DNA of 64,000 nt. Source: a plasmid. The stretch lies in sequence record NZ_CP120951.1; one strand, 5' to 3'. Of this stretch, positions 47,676-57,348 are shown piece after piece; within the stretch, counting starts at the first letter, position 1; every line of letters starts with the position of its first letter. The position numbers and the translations under genes were made by a program. The notes beneath the pieces were generated by a model that did not search any database, was not told the DNA's origin, and saw nothing but the letters and a program-made list of their open reading frames with translations.

Positions 47676-48485
47676 TTAATTCAATCCAAGGCGCGACAGT
47701 ACTGCGTCGCATGCTTGCCGCATTTCCTTCCCCGCGGCACGTTGGTTCCCGCTACGAGCCTGATGCCATACCGCACGCCCCTGCGCCAGCGCAGTAGCAA
47801 CGCACGCGCGAGCAATAATCGCTTCATCAAAGATAAGATCGCCGTATGCCTCGCGTAGCTCCGGTAACGCCTCTACTTCATTCACCGACTTGCTGTTGAC
47901 CATGTTTGGCAGAAAGCCGAGGTGGCGTAGTTCCGGGTTGTACTGCGCCTTTACGCCGGCGATCGTGGCTTGCAGCTTCGGCATGCGCGCGAATGAAAAT
48001 GGCGAAATGTTGAACGGCGATACGATCGCATCCGACGCTGCAAGTGCGCCAAGCATGCGGCGCTGCAAATTCGGAGGAGTATCGATAATGCACAGATCGT
48101 AGTCGGCGGCCAGCTTTGCGAGTGATGCGCGCGGCTGCTCGATAACTTCGAGCGGCATGTCATCTACGTCCAGAACGTCAACATCGGCCTCGATCAGAGC
48201 GATCCGCTCGTGCACTTGCCTCGGACGGCGACCGTCGATCGCGCCAGTGAAAAGATGGCTCGCTTTCAAATAGTCGGTGTCGTCACCTTCCTCTATCTCC
48301 GCGAACACTTCGGAAATGTCGCCCTCATCGATGTCTATCAGCAGAACGCGATAGCCAAGTTCGGCCGCGCGAAATGCCAGATGGACACTGAACGTGCTTT
48401 TACCGACACCGCCTTTCTGATTGCCAACGGTCACGGTCTGCATGAGAGCTTGCACCAGCTTCTTGATTGCGTGATTTGCTCGCAT
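47676..48485 (-). CDS. parA: ParA/IncC-family partition ATPase.
   Basis: Deviant Walker A KGGVGKST. An internal alternative start (MQTVTVGNQKGG) is reminiscent of IncC1/IncC2. Confidence 0.9.
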   Translation of the reverse strand: MRANHAIKKLVQALMQTVTVGNQKGGVGKSTFSVHLAFRAAELGYRVLLIDIDEGDISEVFAEIEEGDDTDYLKASHLFTGAIDGRRPRQVHERIALIEADVDVLDVDDMPLEVIEQPRASLAKLAADYDLCIIDTPPNLQRRMLGALAASDAIVSPFNISPFSFARMPKLQATIAGVKAQYNPELRHLGFLPNMVNSKSVNEVEALPELREAYGDLIFDEAIIARACVATALAQGRAVWHQARSGNQRAAGKEMRQACDAVLSRLGLN

Positions 48486-48568
48486 AGGGATCAGCCTTAC
48501 GAAATCAGGTTGAACAGAATCGGCCTTCGCCGAACTGTTGTCATCTTATTTTCCGGTAAACACTTTGT

Positions 48569-48588
48569 CAACACATATATTTCTCGCA
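48569..48588. promoter_or_regulatory. Palindrome ATTTCTCGCACGCGAGAAAT, operator copy 3, with one central mismatch. It lies in the parA promoter region.
   Basis: Read directly in the sequence. Approximate to +/-2 nt. Confidence 0.55.
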
Positions 48589-48693
48589 CGCGAGAAATCA
48601 CTCCGTTCGGCGTTACACGAGCACCGCACATCGAGCCTCACCGACCGCACGTCCGTAACCAGCGATTGTTATGTCCCTTCTATTGGGGTACGC

Positions 48694-48709
48694 TTCTCGC
48701 ATGCGAGAA
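48694..48709. promoter_or_regulatory. Palindrome TTCTCGCATGCGAGAA, operator copy 4, in the parA promoter region.
   Basis: Read directly in the sequence. Approximate to +/-2 nt. Confidence 0.55.
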
Positions 48710-48762
48710 ATCTCCAACAGGCGGGAGCAACTTACCGGGAATCACCAGCTCATTTCAGGCGA

Positions 48763-48778
48763 TTCTCGCATGCGAGAA
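48763..48778. promoter_or_regulatory. Palindrome TTCTCGCATGCGAGAA, operator copy 5, in the parA promoter region.
   Basis: Read directly in the sequence. Approximate to +/-2 nt. Confidence 0.55.
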
Positions 48779-49156
48779 ACCTGAAGCCGATACACCACCC
48801 GCAACTCATCGACATTGACCAGCCAGGCAAATCGGCATTCTTCGCGTTGCCGCCCACGTTCCCGCCAGAACTGGTGCCGGAAGCTTGCGCGCAATTTGTG
48901 CGCGACTGCGTGCCGGGGCTGACGACGCGCGAGCTTCTTGCACTCACTCAGGCGCACGGTTGGCGGCCGACTTGGAAGCCGCTGCAGCACTTGACGCGGG
49001 ACGATCTCGAAGCGTTCGGTCTTGGCCTGACGGTCGATGGCTGCGGCGTGCCGTTGATCGCGCGAATGCGACGGGTGGGGCAGGGCGTGCGGCCGACACC
49101 ACCGCAAGAACGCAACTCACGGCAGATGAATCTGTTTTGAAACGCAAGGAAGGGTA

Positions 49157-49573
49157 ATGACAGGCACCGACAAGAAGCGGATCCCGCAGCTGCTGCGTGT
49201 TGAGCTCACTGAACTTACCGGCCCGATCGAGCAGCCTTACGCGCCCGATGCACGTCATTCTTTCGGGCCACGCGTGCAGATCGAGCACCCCTGTGATCGC
49301 TTTGCGCTCGCCGCAGGCTTTACGTCATGGGTCGCAGCTCGAACGGCCATCCTGGCCGGTGCGATCGTCACGGCACCTGGCCCGCGCGTTGGCAAAACGA
49401 CGCCCGAATATGAATTATTCATCAAGCAGATTCGAGCGGATGGCCTGGTGATGGTGACTCCTCGGCAGGAGTGGTTTGGGTTGGTTTCCGTTGGCATACT
49501 CGAGCGCTTTCCAAAGGACGCGCAGGCGAGGGCAGCTGACGACCAGCAGATTGATGATGAGCCGCGAAATTGA
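49157..49573 (+). CDS. Hypothetical protein.
   Basis: A strong RBS AGGAAGGG precedes the ATG. 138 aa. Confidence 0.5.
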   Translation: MTGTDKKRIPQLLRVELTELTGPIEQPYAPDARHSFGPRVQIEHPCDRFALAAGFTSWVAARTAILAGAIVTAPGPRVGKTTPEYELFIKQIRADGLVMVTPRQEWFGLVSVGILERFPKDAQARAADDQQIDDEPRN

Positions 49574-49663
49574 GCGCGCGAGAACAGGGAGGGGGAGTAT
49601 GCAAAATGATTTAAGTCTTGGGCTGACGATCCTGTCGTCGCTGTAGGATCCCCCACATCAACG

Positions 49664-49879
49664 ATGAGGATCTCGATCATGAACTTGGCAACGATGCAGC
49701 TTAAAGCAGGCGGGTGGGGCAGGGGCCTGGTGGCCGCGGCGCTGCTGATTGCTCTGGCAGCTGTCGACCGGGGGCTGTCGGCCCTCTGGCCGGCCGGCTA
49801 CGGACTGGTGCATCCGCTGGCGGCGATCGCCGCGCTGGCCAGCCTGCCGCTGGTCGCGTACCTGATCACGCGGTCCTGA
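49664..49879 (+). CDS. Small hydrophobic membrane peptide, 71 aa.
   Basis: Two predicted TM helices. Weak evidence. Confidence 0.3.
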   Translation: MRISIMNLATMQLKAGGWGRGLVAAALLIALAAVDRGLSALWPAGYGLVHPLAAIAALASLPLVAYLITRS

Positions 49880-50048
49880 ACGACGCCGAACCCGGCTGCG
49901 GCCGGGTTTTTGGGGCACGCCCTCAATGCCGATAACTCCCCTTAGCGGCATTGCGTTTAATGCTCGAAAACCCCGTCGGGCCGGAATCCACTTGTTTTTA
50001 GATGCGGAAAATACGTATAATATGTATTCATTGCTCCCGGAGGTCATC

Positions 50049-50303
50049 ATGCCCACCATTACCGCCACCGATCTGGCCCGCCACACCCGCCAGATCCTCG
50101 ACCAGGTCGCGCAGCGCCGCGAGACCGTCGTGGTCGAACGCAACCAGACCGTGATCGCACGCCTGGTGCCCGCCGACCCCGTCATGAATGCCGCGCAGGC
50201 GCTCGAGGGGCTGCCGACGAGTCTCGGCGCCGAAGATGCTGCCCGCTGGCTGCGCGACAGTCGCGCCGGCTTCGAAGACGGGGTGCGTGATCCGTGGGCG
50301 TGA
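50049..50303 (+). CDS. Phd/YefM-type antitoxin.
   Basis: A GGAGG RBS. MPTITATDLARHTRQILDQVAQRRETVVVERNQTVIARLVP is the classic Phd/YefM N-terminus. The stop overlaps the toxin start. Confidence 0.75.
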   Translation: MPTITATDLARHTRQILDQVAQRRETVVVERNQTVIARLVPADPVMNAAQALEGLPTSLGAEDAARWLRDSRAGFEDGVRDPWA

Positions 50304-50713
50304 TCATCGACAGTTGCGTGTGGGTCGGCCTCGCCGGCGGCACCGTCGATTCGCGTGCCGTGATCGACGCCGCCGGCGACGCGCCGGTGTTCATCTCGAC
50401 GATCTCGCTGGGCGAACTGGCATTCGGCGTACAGGCGTGCGCGGATGCGGCTGAGCGCGCGCGCCGGGCCGCCCATCTGCGTCAGCTCGAGCGGCGCCCG
50501 GTGCTCGACGTCACGCGTCACACCGCGGCCGCGTTCGGTGTACTGGCCGCCGCAGTCAAACAGGCAGGCCGCTCGCCGCGCCCGCGCTACAACGACCTGT
50601 GGATCGCCGCACAGGCGATTGAGCACGGCTACGCGCTGATGACGCTGAACGTGGCCGATTTCGCGGACTTGCCAGGGTTGACCGTGCGAATCCCGACATC
50701 AGGAGAGCAGTAA
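50294..50713 (+). CDS. vapC: PIN-domain (VapC-like) toxin.
   Basis: A GTG start overlaps the antitoxin stop. Conserved acidic residues of the PIN fold are present (IIDSCVW...D...E...D). Confidence 0.7.
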   Translation: MGVIIDSCVWVGLAGGTVDSRAVIDAAGDAPVFISTISLGELAFGVQACADAAERARRAAHLRQLERRPVLDVTRHTAAAFGVLAAAVKQAGRSPRPRYNDLWIAAQAIEHGYALMTLNVADFADLPGLTVRIPTSGEQ

Positions 50714-50946
50714 TGGCAACGAGCTGGTTGATGGTTTTGATGGTGAGCGGATCGATGGCGATCGGCGACGGCGGGTATAAGTCCGAAGCGCTGTGTCAGC
50801 GCACGGGCACCGAGGCCGTGGCGCGCCTGGATCGCCACGAGGCGGAAGTGGAAAAGGCCAACACCAAGGTTTCGCCCGGTATCACGGTGCAGTCGTATCG
50901 GGCGCGAAATTGGTCGTATCAGTGTCTGCCGACCGACAAGGGATAG
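50713..50946 (+). CDS. Small secreted or membrane hypothetical protein.
   Basis: An AGGAG RBS and a hydrophobic N-terminus. Confidence 0.4.
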   Translation: MATSWLMVLMVSGSMAIGDGGYKSEALCQRTGTEAVARLDRHEAEVEKANTKVSPGITVQSYRARNWSYQCLPTDKG

Positions 50947-50952
50947 AGCGCG

Positions 50953-51171
50953 ATGAGCAAGACCCTGAGCTATACCGCCCTGACCGCTCGCGCCGAGCGG
51001 ACGATACGGCAACTGACATCCAAAAGTCATGACGAAGCGCGCGGCGCCCTTGCGATGTGGGACGACCTCGTCACGGAATTGCTCGCGTTCAACCGCGCTG
51101 ACTACCAGGCCGATCGCGCCCGGCTCGAGGCGCTGATCGACGGCGATCGCGCGCCTACCTCTCAACCTTGA
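50953..51171 (+). CDS. Hypothetical small protein.
   Basis: An ORF in the co-directional run. Confidence 0.35.
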   Translation: MSKTLSYTALTARAERTIRQLTSKSHDEARGALAMWDDLVTELLAFNRADYQADRARLEALIDGDRAPTSQP

Positions 51172-51182
51172 ACGGAGCCACC

Positions 51183-51851
51183 ATGCCGGAAGTCAACCGC
51201 TACAACTCGGGTCTCGCCATTCGGGGCGAGCGCTACTGCGTCACGATCCAACCGTGTTCCACCCATCTCGAACTCCGGGAACCCGATGCCACGCTACTCA
51301 TCACCGTCGATGCGCGCTCGTCGTCATGGGGCGACGAGTGGGCCCGGGTAAGTGGCGACAACGCGATCGCGGCGGGTCCGCAGAATGTCTACGTGACGCA
51401 GACGGCCGGGATTCTGGACGTGCTGCAGGTGCTGCCCCCGAAGCACGCGGATCTGCGGGAGTTTCGGGTGGGCTTCGCCTTGACGCTCGAGCCGGGCATG
51501 CGCGAGCCGATCCTTGCCGCGCTGCCACGCGTCGAACGGGTCACCGAGCTGACCACGGCCGTCGGCCAGGTCGTCGAGCCGCTGCTCGGCCGCGCGCGCG
51601 AGCCCTACGCGCACACTGCCCTCCAGCCCCATGAAATCGCCGCCATCCAGTCGATCGCGGCCAATATCGTGCTCGGCGAGAAAAGTGTCGACGACGCGAT
51701 CCGGTGGTCCGTGCTGCTGCCGCCGCAATACACGACCTGGGCTTTTAGCGAGGCGGGCGATCACCCGCATTACGCGGAGCTCGGTGCCGCACTGCGTCAG
51801 CCCGCCGTACAAGCGATCCTGGCCGACGCCGGCCGCAACCTTCACGCGTGA
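51183..51851 (+). CDS. Hypothetical protein.
   Basis: An ACGGAG RBS. 222 aa. Confidence 0.45.
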   Translation: MPEVNRYNSGLAIRGERYCVTIQPCSTHLELREPDATLLITVDARSSSWGDEWARVSGDNAIAAGPQNVYVTQTAGILDVLQVLPPKHADLREFRVGFALTLEPGMREPILAALPRVERVTELTTAVGQVVEPLLGRAREPYAHTALQPHEIAAIQSIAANIVLGEKSVDDAIRWSVLLPPQYTTWAFSEAGDHPHYAELGAALRQPAVQAILADAGRNLHA

Positions 51852-51897
51852 CGGCCGGCCGACGCGCACGCCATTTCCACTCTTTCGAGGTGCAACG

Positions 51898-52365
51898 ATG
51901 AGTCTGCAAGCAGTCGACCGACCGATCCTGACCACGGGCCTCACGACCGGTACGCTGTACCGCGCGTTCGTCGTGCTGCCGGACGCACTGTGCCGATCGC
52001 GCGGCACATTCGACGAGCGCACCGTGTTCTTCGAAGCGCCACGCGGCAAAGACGAGGCCGCCCACCTTGAACAATTGCTGGCGCACGCGTGGTGCGTCGA
52101 CACACAAGGCTGGGCCGAGGATGGCGCCATCTACAACATCTACAGCGCCGCCGAGCTCTATGCAGACAAAACGGATCCAGCCGTCGATCTGCGGCTGCTC
52201 GATATCGGTGGTGGCCCGGATGGTGTCGGACCGACCAAGGCGTATTACGCGCGCACACCCGACGTGGATCTGTTCGTGACGCCGCGCGTCGCTGCACGTC
52301 TGCGAGAGCTGCTCGCGATCGTCGACGCGTTCTACGCGAAGGCCGGCCAGACCACGGCGAAGTGA
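51898..52365 (+). CDS. Hypothetical protein.
   Basis: An internal ATG following GGTGCAACG. 155 aa. Confidence 0.4.
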   Translation: MSLQAVDRPILTTGLTTGTLYRAFVVLPDALCRSRGTFDERTVFFEAPRGKDEAAHLEQLLAHAWCVDTQGWAEDGAIYNIYSAAELYADKTDPAVDLRLLDIGGGPDGVGPTKAYYARTPDVDLFVTPRVAARLRELLAIVDAFYAKAGQTTAK

Positions 52366-52501
52366 TCAAGGAAGGGCAGATGACGCGCGTGCTCGAGACG
52401 GCCGAAGCCGGGTTGATCGTGCTGCCCGAGCACGACTATCAGGTGTTACGGCGCAGGGGCGACGATCAATACGGATTTTGATCCACGGGGAGGAAAGGTC
52501 G

Positions 52502-52792
52502 ATGTCGATATTCGAGATTGCGAGTTGGATTGCCTTGGGGACAGTGCCGATTACGGCGCTGGTTACGGTCGTGCGGTCGATCTACACCGGGAACTGGATA
52601 TGGACGCGATTCCTGTTGCTGCCCGTCATCCTGACGGCATTGCTTCTATGTTTTGACATGACGCGCCCACAACCCGTGACAATAGTCAACCTGATCGCTG
52701 CACTCCCGTTCCTTCTTGCCGCATTTTGCTTAGTCAACATGTTGGCGGGTTTGTGCACGGGTGGCTTGCCGGAGACGGAGACGATCAAATGA
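52502..52792 (+). CDS. Small integral membrane protein.
   Basis: A GGGGAGGAAAGG RBS and three hydrophobic helices. Confidence 0.45.
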   Translation: MSIFEIASWIALGTVPITALVTVVRSIYTGNWIWTRFLLLPVILTALLLCFDMTRPQPVTIVNLIAALPFLLAAFCLVNMLAGLCTGGLPETETIK

Positions 52793-53034
52793 AAACGACT
52801 GCCCGCTACACCAAAGGCCGCGGCGACGCGTCGGTCCACGCCCGCACGCGCGTGTTCGCGTGGGAGGACCACCAGGTGATCGAGCTCGACGTTGTCGGCA
52901 TGCTCGACAGCGAACAGCACTTCCGCATTCTCGCGACGGCCGATGAGGCGGAGCGTCTTGCGCAGCAACTGCTCGACGCGGCCGCAAAGATCCGGGTCTC
53001 GGCGACCGCCGATTCCACTAACCTCAACACCTGA
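52789..53034 (+). CDS. Hypothetical small protein.
   Basis: An ATGA overlap with the upstream gene. Confidence 0.4.
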   Translation: MKTTARYTKGRGDASVHARTRVFAWEDHQVIELDVVGMLDSEQHFRILATADEAERLAQQLLDAAAKIRVSATADSTNLNT

Positions 53035-53043
53035 AATTCCACC

Positions 53044-53334
53044 GTGCACGACTACACCGTCTCGTACCCTGAACTGACCGGATCCGCCGAAAGGCACATC
53101 CGCGACTATATGATGCTCGCCGCGGCCGCCGGCGACGAAGCAGAGCGCGCGTCATTGCGTGCGTCTGCCGTTAGCGTGTTCGCGTACTGGCTTGGCTTCG
53201 TGAATGCGGCCCGGAAAACCGTCGATGACGCGGGACGGCAAGCGCTGCAGCGCGACGAGCATCGGCTGCTGGGGCTGGTCAACGCCGCGGCCGCACCGTC
53301 CGGGGGTAACACACAGGAGCGCCGGGCATCATGA
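53044..53334 (+). CDS. Hypothetical small protein.
   Basis: An ORF in the co-directional run. Confidence 0.4.
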   Translation: MHDYTVSYPELTGSAERHIRDYMMLAAAAGDEAERASLRASAVSVFAYWLGFVNAARKTVDDAGRQALQRDEHRLLGLVNAAAAPSGGNTQERRAS

Positions 53335-53756
53335 CCGCTGCCTTCGACCGTAACGCCGCGCTGGCCGCCGTGAAGCTGGCGCTCGCCGACACGATCGCGC
53401 GCGACTATGCGAATGCCCTGTCGATCGATCGTTACGCGGGCGCCGGCGCGCTGGCGCACTGGCCGCCCAATCCTCATCACTGCCACGAGCAGGTTGCGCG
53501 ATGGCTGCAATTGCACCCTGGCGATACCCCGGTACGCGGCTGGCTCGCGGACGGGGGCGACGGGGCGCAACAACGCTTCGTCTCCCACTCGTTGATCCGC
53601 AGCGCGTCCGGTGCGCTACTGGATGTCGCGTTCGCGCGGCCGCCGTACGTGCAGCGTTTCATCGAACACCCGACGGCGGCCGGCGATTTCCTCGCGTTGG
53701 TCCTCGGCGAGCCGCCGGTGCCGGAACTCTATGTGTCGATTCCCTGCAGGAGTTAA
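53331..53756 (+). CDS. Hypothetical protein.
   Basis: An ATGA overlap with the upstream gene. Confidence 0.4.
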   Translation: MTAAFDRNAALAAVKLALADTIARDYANALSIDRYAGAGALAHWPPNPHHCHEQVARWLQLHPGDTPVRGWLADGGDGAQQRFVSHSLIRSASGALLDVAFARPPYVQRFIEHPTAAGDFLALVLGEPPVPELYVSIPCRS

Positions 53757-53760
53757 ATTC

Positions 53761-54096
53761 ATGGCTCGCTCCTCCTCCAAAAAGCCGCCCGCCAGGCCGG
53801 CACCGAAGTACGTCGACGGTGTGGTGTTTACGCTCGCCATGCGGACGGGCGATGTCGAGGTGATCGGCATACCGTTCGAGCACCGCGGACGGACCAGGGC
53901 CGTTCATGCCGTCGTCGGTCTTGATGACGTTCAGTGTTACGCAGTGTCCGACGTGCTGTTGGGAATGCACGTGCCGAAGAGTGAGGCGTCGACCATCGAA
54001 GCGTCGCGCGCGGCGGCGATTGCCACGCTCGACAACATTACGGACGAGAGCTGGGCCGATGCCTTCGAGTCCGCTCGAGCCGCCACGGCCCAGTGA
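53761..54096 (+). CDS. Hypothetical protein.
   Basis: A GGAG RBS 8 nt upstream of the ATG. Confidence 0.4.
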   Translation: MARSSSKKPPARPAPKYVDGVVFTLAMRTGDVEVIGIPFEHRGRTRAVHAVVGLDDVQCYAVSDVLLGMHVPKSEASTIEASRAAAIATLDNITDESWADAFESARAATAQ

Positions 54097-54365
54097 AAAA
54101 CCGTCACCTCAGGCATCCGGAGGGATTACCGTCGCGGGCGGCTCCGGTCTCCGTTCAGCCCTGAATTGAGCGCCGCACCAGCGGCATGCACCAACCGGTC
54201 CGGAGGACACTGCGTTTTCGCAATTGGGATGGCGCGGTTCGCGTGTTTGATGGAGTGCATCGCTGCGCAGCATTCCCATTACCACTACATCCTGAACGAC
54301 AGCGGGCTCCACGCGTACCAATGCGAGCGCTGTGACAAGGTGCGGTCGTCGAATTTCCCGAGCCA

Positions 54366-54794
54366 ATGAGAAAAGCGACCTCCCGCAGCCACCGGCCGCT
54401 GACCCGGGCACAGCTGCTGCCGATCCCGGCAGCCGAACTACGCCGGATCCAGCTGAAGCATCACGTGGCGCTGGCGGCATTGCGCGACGCGAACGACGAC
54501 GTCGCGCAGCTGGCCACGCTCTTGAATGCGATCTACCTCGCATACTTCCTCGACCCGACAGAGCCGACCCCCTATCGACGGGCCGAGACGGCGCTACAAG
54601 ACTACGCCGACCGCGCCGCGCAGGGTCAGCCGGGCGCGCTGACCGACCTCGAGCGCGCCGCAGTCGAGCACGTTCTCGCACGGCTGGACGCGCAACTGGC
54701 CGCGGTACCGATGCACGCGTATGTCGCCGCGTTCGAGCGGCTTCAGCGTGTCACCACTGCCGACACGGTTGTATCACCCATTCCTGCAGGCTGA
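54366..54794 (+). CDS. Hypothetical protein immediately upstream of the integrase, possibly an integrase partner or directionality factor.
   Basis: 142 aa. It ends 3 nt before the integrase ATG. Confidence 0.4.
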   Translation: MRKATSRSHRPLTRAQLLPIPAAELRRIQLKHHVALAALRDANDDVAQLATLLNAIYLAYFLDPTEPTPYRRAETALQDYADRAAQGQPGALTDLERAAVEHVLARLDAQLAAVPMHAYVAAFERLQRVTTADTVVSPIPAG

Positions 54795-54797
54795 ACC

Positions 54798-56636
54798 ATG
54801 GCAAATCGCCCCCAGGAGCTGGCCCAAATGCCGTTGCGCAGCTACAGCCGCACCGAATTCACGGCGCTGCGCGCGCGCGTGAAAGGCCTCCCGCTCGAGA
54901 CGATCGAGCGGCTGTACTTCGATCGCGACGCCGACGACCCGGTCGACGTCGCGCAGCTGCTGCGCACGATGCGCGACGATCTGGTCGCGGCCGCGCTGCG
55001 CGATGGTTCTCCGGTATTGAAGTCGCACCTGCAGGCGGCGATCGAAAAATACGGCGAGCCGCGCCTCACGCCCGTCTCACTGCAGCTGATCGAGCAGGTC
55101 GCCGCGCAGTGGGCCGTTGCCACGCCGCAGGCCGAGCACCCGGTCGGCCGCTGGTTCCGGCCGCTCGTCGCGGCACGCCTGGCGGGCGAGGAGATCCACA
55201 CGCTCGGCGAGCTCGTCGCGCTGGTGAATCGCCGCGGCGGGCAGTGGTGGCGCTCGGTGCCGCGCATCGGCGCCGGCCGGGCGCGCGTGCTGGTCGCCTG
55301 GTTGCGGCGCCACGCCGCGTCGATCGGCACGGCCGTCGGGCCGGACGTCGACGCCGGCGACGCGCTGGCGCCGACCTCGGCCAGCATCACGGCCGGCGCG
55401 GGACAACTGGCGCCGCTCGAGCGCCTGGCGCTACCGGAGGCCCTGTCCGGCGCGCACGGGGCGAACCGGGCGTCGGTGTTTGCGTATCTGGGCGCTGCGC
55501 ACGACCTGGACGCGGTACGGGCGTATCTGCACCGCTACGACGATCGGCCGGCCACGCAGCGCGCGTACACACGCGAGCTCGAGCGCCTGGTGCTCTGGTG
55601 CGTGGCCGAGCGCGGCGTCGCGCTGTCGTCGATGCGGGTCGAGGACTGCAACGCGTATAAGGCGTTTCTCGCCGCGCCATCTGAGCGTTTTACGGGCTCG
55701 CCCGTCGCCCGCAGGAGCGGCCAGTGGCGACCGTTCGCGCCAGGCGGCCTGGCACTGGAAAGCCAGCGCTACGCAGTGCGCCGGATTCGCGCGGCGTTCG
55801 CCTGGCTGGTCGCCGTGCGGTATCTGGCCGGCAACCCGTGGGCGGCCGTCACCGATCCGAACGTCGTCACGCGTGCGCGCAAGCTGCAGGTCGAGCGCTC
55901 GTTGCCGCTCGACCTGTGGACCCGCGTGCGCGCGACGCTGGCCGAACGCAGCGAGCTGCAGGGCCCGAGCGGGCCGCGCTGGCGCGCCGCGCGCGCGTTG
56001 TTGCTGGTGATGGGCGACGGCGGGTTGCGGATTGCCGAGGCGGCCGGCGTGGCGCGCGCGGCCCTCGCTTGGCTGCCGGCCGACGACGACACGCCGGCCA
56101 GCTGGTTGCTCGAGGTGATCGGCAAGGGCAACAAGCAACGCTTCGTGCCGATCAGCGACGAGTGCGTCGACGCGCTGCGTGCGCACTGGCGCGATCGCGG
56201 CCAGGATCTCGACGCGGTGGCCGCGACGGAACCACCCGGGTTGCCGCTGGTGGCGCCGCTGGTCATCCCGCCTACGCCGCGGGCCCGCGAGAAATTTGGC
56301 GAGCCCGATGAGGCCGGCGACCAGCTCAAGCCCCGCGCCCGGGGCTACTCGGTGCGCGGGGCGCGCGGGCTGACGCAGTGGGCGATCGCGCAGCTGCTCG
56401 AGGTGATGCCGGATCTGAGCGATGCCGATCGGCGCAAGCTGTCCGACACGTCGCCGCACGCTTTCCGGCACACGGTCGGCACGCAGATGCTGGCGGCTGG
56501 CGTCGCGCTCGAAGTCGTGCAGCGCACGCTCGGGCATGCATCGCTTGGCACGACGTCCATCTACGTGTCGCCGGAAGAGGCGCGGATGCGTCGCGAGGCG
56601 GCGAAGTACCACGCGCGGCTCACTCGCGAATCCTGA
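54798..56636 (+). CDS. int: Large tyrosine site-specific recombinase (integrase).
   Basis: The C-terminal catalytic region carries R...HxxR...Y (HAFRHTVGTQML, LGHASLGTTSIY). 612 aa with a long N-terminal extension. Confidence 0.85.
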   Translation: MANRPQELAQMPLRSYSRTEFTALRARVKGLPLETIERLYFDRDADDPVDVAQLLRTMRDDLVAAALRDGSPVLKSHLQAAIEKYGEPRLTPVSLQLIEQVAAQWAVATPQAEHPVGRWFRPLVAARLAGEEIHTLGELVALVNRRGGQWWRSVPRIGAGRARVLVAWLRRHAASIGTAVGPDVDAGDALAPTSASITAGAGQLAPLERLALPEALSGAHGANRASVFAYLGAAHDLDAVRAYLHRYDDRPATQRAYTRELERLVLWCVAERGVALSSMRVEDCNAYKAFLAAPSERFTGSPVARRSGQWRPFAPGGLALESQRYAVRRIRAAFAWLVAVRYLAGNPWAAVTDPNVVTRARKLQVERSLPLDLWTRVRATLAERSELQGPSGPRWRAARALLLVMGDGGLRIAEAAGVARAALAWLPADDDTPASWLLEVIGKGNKQRFVPISDECVDALRAHWRDRGQDLDAVAATEPPGLPLVAPLVIPPTPRAREKFGEPDEAGDQLKPRARGYSVRGARGLTQWAIAQLLEVMPDLSDADRRKLSDTSPHAFRHTVGTQMLAAGVALEVVQRTLGHASLGTTSIYVSPEEARMRREAAKYHARLTRES

Positions 56637-56688
56637 ATCGTGGGTGGTGCTGCTTCAACGCGGCGACCGCCCGGCAGCGAGACCGTTC

Positions 56689-57348
56689 TCAGCGCAGCCA
56701 AATCGGAGTTCTCGCGGCGATCCAATCGATCGTGGTGGGTGGCATCGAAATCGACCGCATGCTGTCGTACGTATCCGACGCGTCGAAGTAGATCAACTTG
56801 CCGTCGCGGATCTCGATCGGCTCGGCGCCCGGGCGGCCACCCCAGAAGACGAAAAATAGCCGGGTGGCAAGGGTCGACCCGTGCGAATCGGCCACGACGA
56901 TTTTGACCTGCTCGTTTTGGTTAGCAAAAAAGCCATTGCCGTGGCCGCCGCCGCTTCCGCAGATGTTGACGATGTAGGTCGTGCCGTCGACCCGCTTGGT
57001 GCCGCCGTTCAGCTTCGCGTTGTAGTTGTAGCGCTGACAATTGGTGTCGTCGGTCGCGATCCCGCGAAAATTGACGAGATAGAAGAATGCCAAAAAGCCC
57101 AGCGTGACGATCGCCAGTCCCACGCGCTTTGCACGACTGAAATGGTCGATATTTCTGACAAGCCGATAGAAGTAGAGCACGAAGATGATCGACGTGACGG
57201 CGAAGATCACGCTCTTCGCGTTCTTAAGCGAGAAAAGCGTGATCGCGTTCCTGACGTCGGCCGGCACGAACATCCACGCGATGGCGACAACCAGGCATGC
57301 GGCGACAACGGCCAAGGCCGCTTTGAGGATGACGGTGAGCGCCTTCAT
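56689..57348 (-). CDS. Membrane protein with three N-terminal TM helices and a C-terminal soluble domain.
   Basis: Lower GC than the flanks. The start codon overlaps the upstream stop. Confidence 0.45.
   Translation of the reverse strand: MKALTVILKAALAVVAACLVVAIAWMFVPADVRNAITLFSLKNAKSVIFAVTSIIFVLYFYRLVRNIDHFSRAKRVGLAIVTLGFLAFFYLVNFRGIATDDTNCQRYNYNAKLNGGTKRVDGTTYIVNICGSGGGHGNGFFANQNEQVKIVVADSHGSTLATRLFFVFWGGRPGAEPIEIRDGKLIYFDASDTYDSMRSISMPPTTIDWIAARTPIWLR

Noticed and set aside
48538-49140. 200-aa + strand ORF starting inside the parA operator region.
   Set aside because: The first half overlaps the operator and promoter DNA. There is no internal ATG with an RBS before the last 20 codons. 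A short GTG-initiated gene cannot be excluded, but it is not supported.
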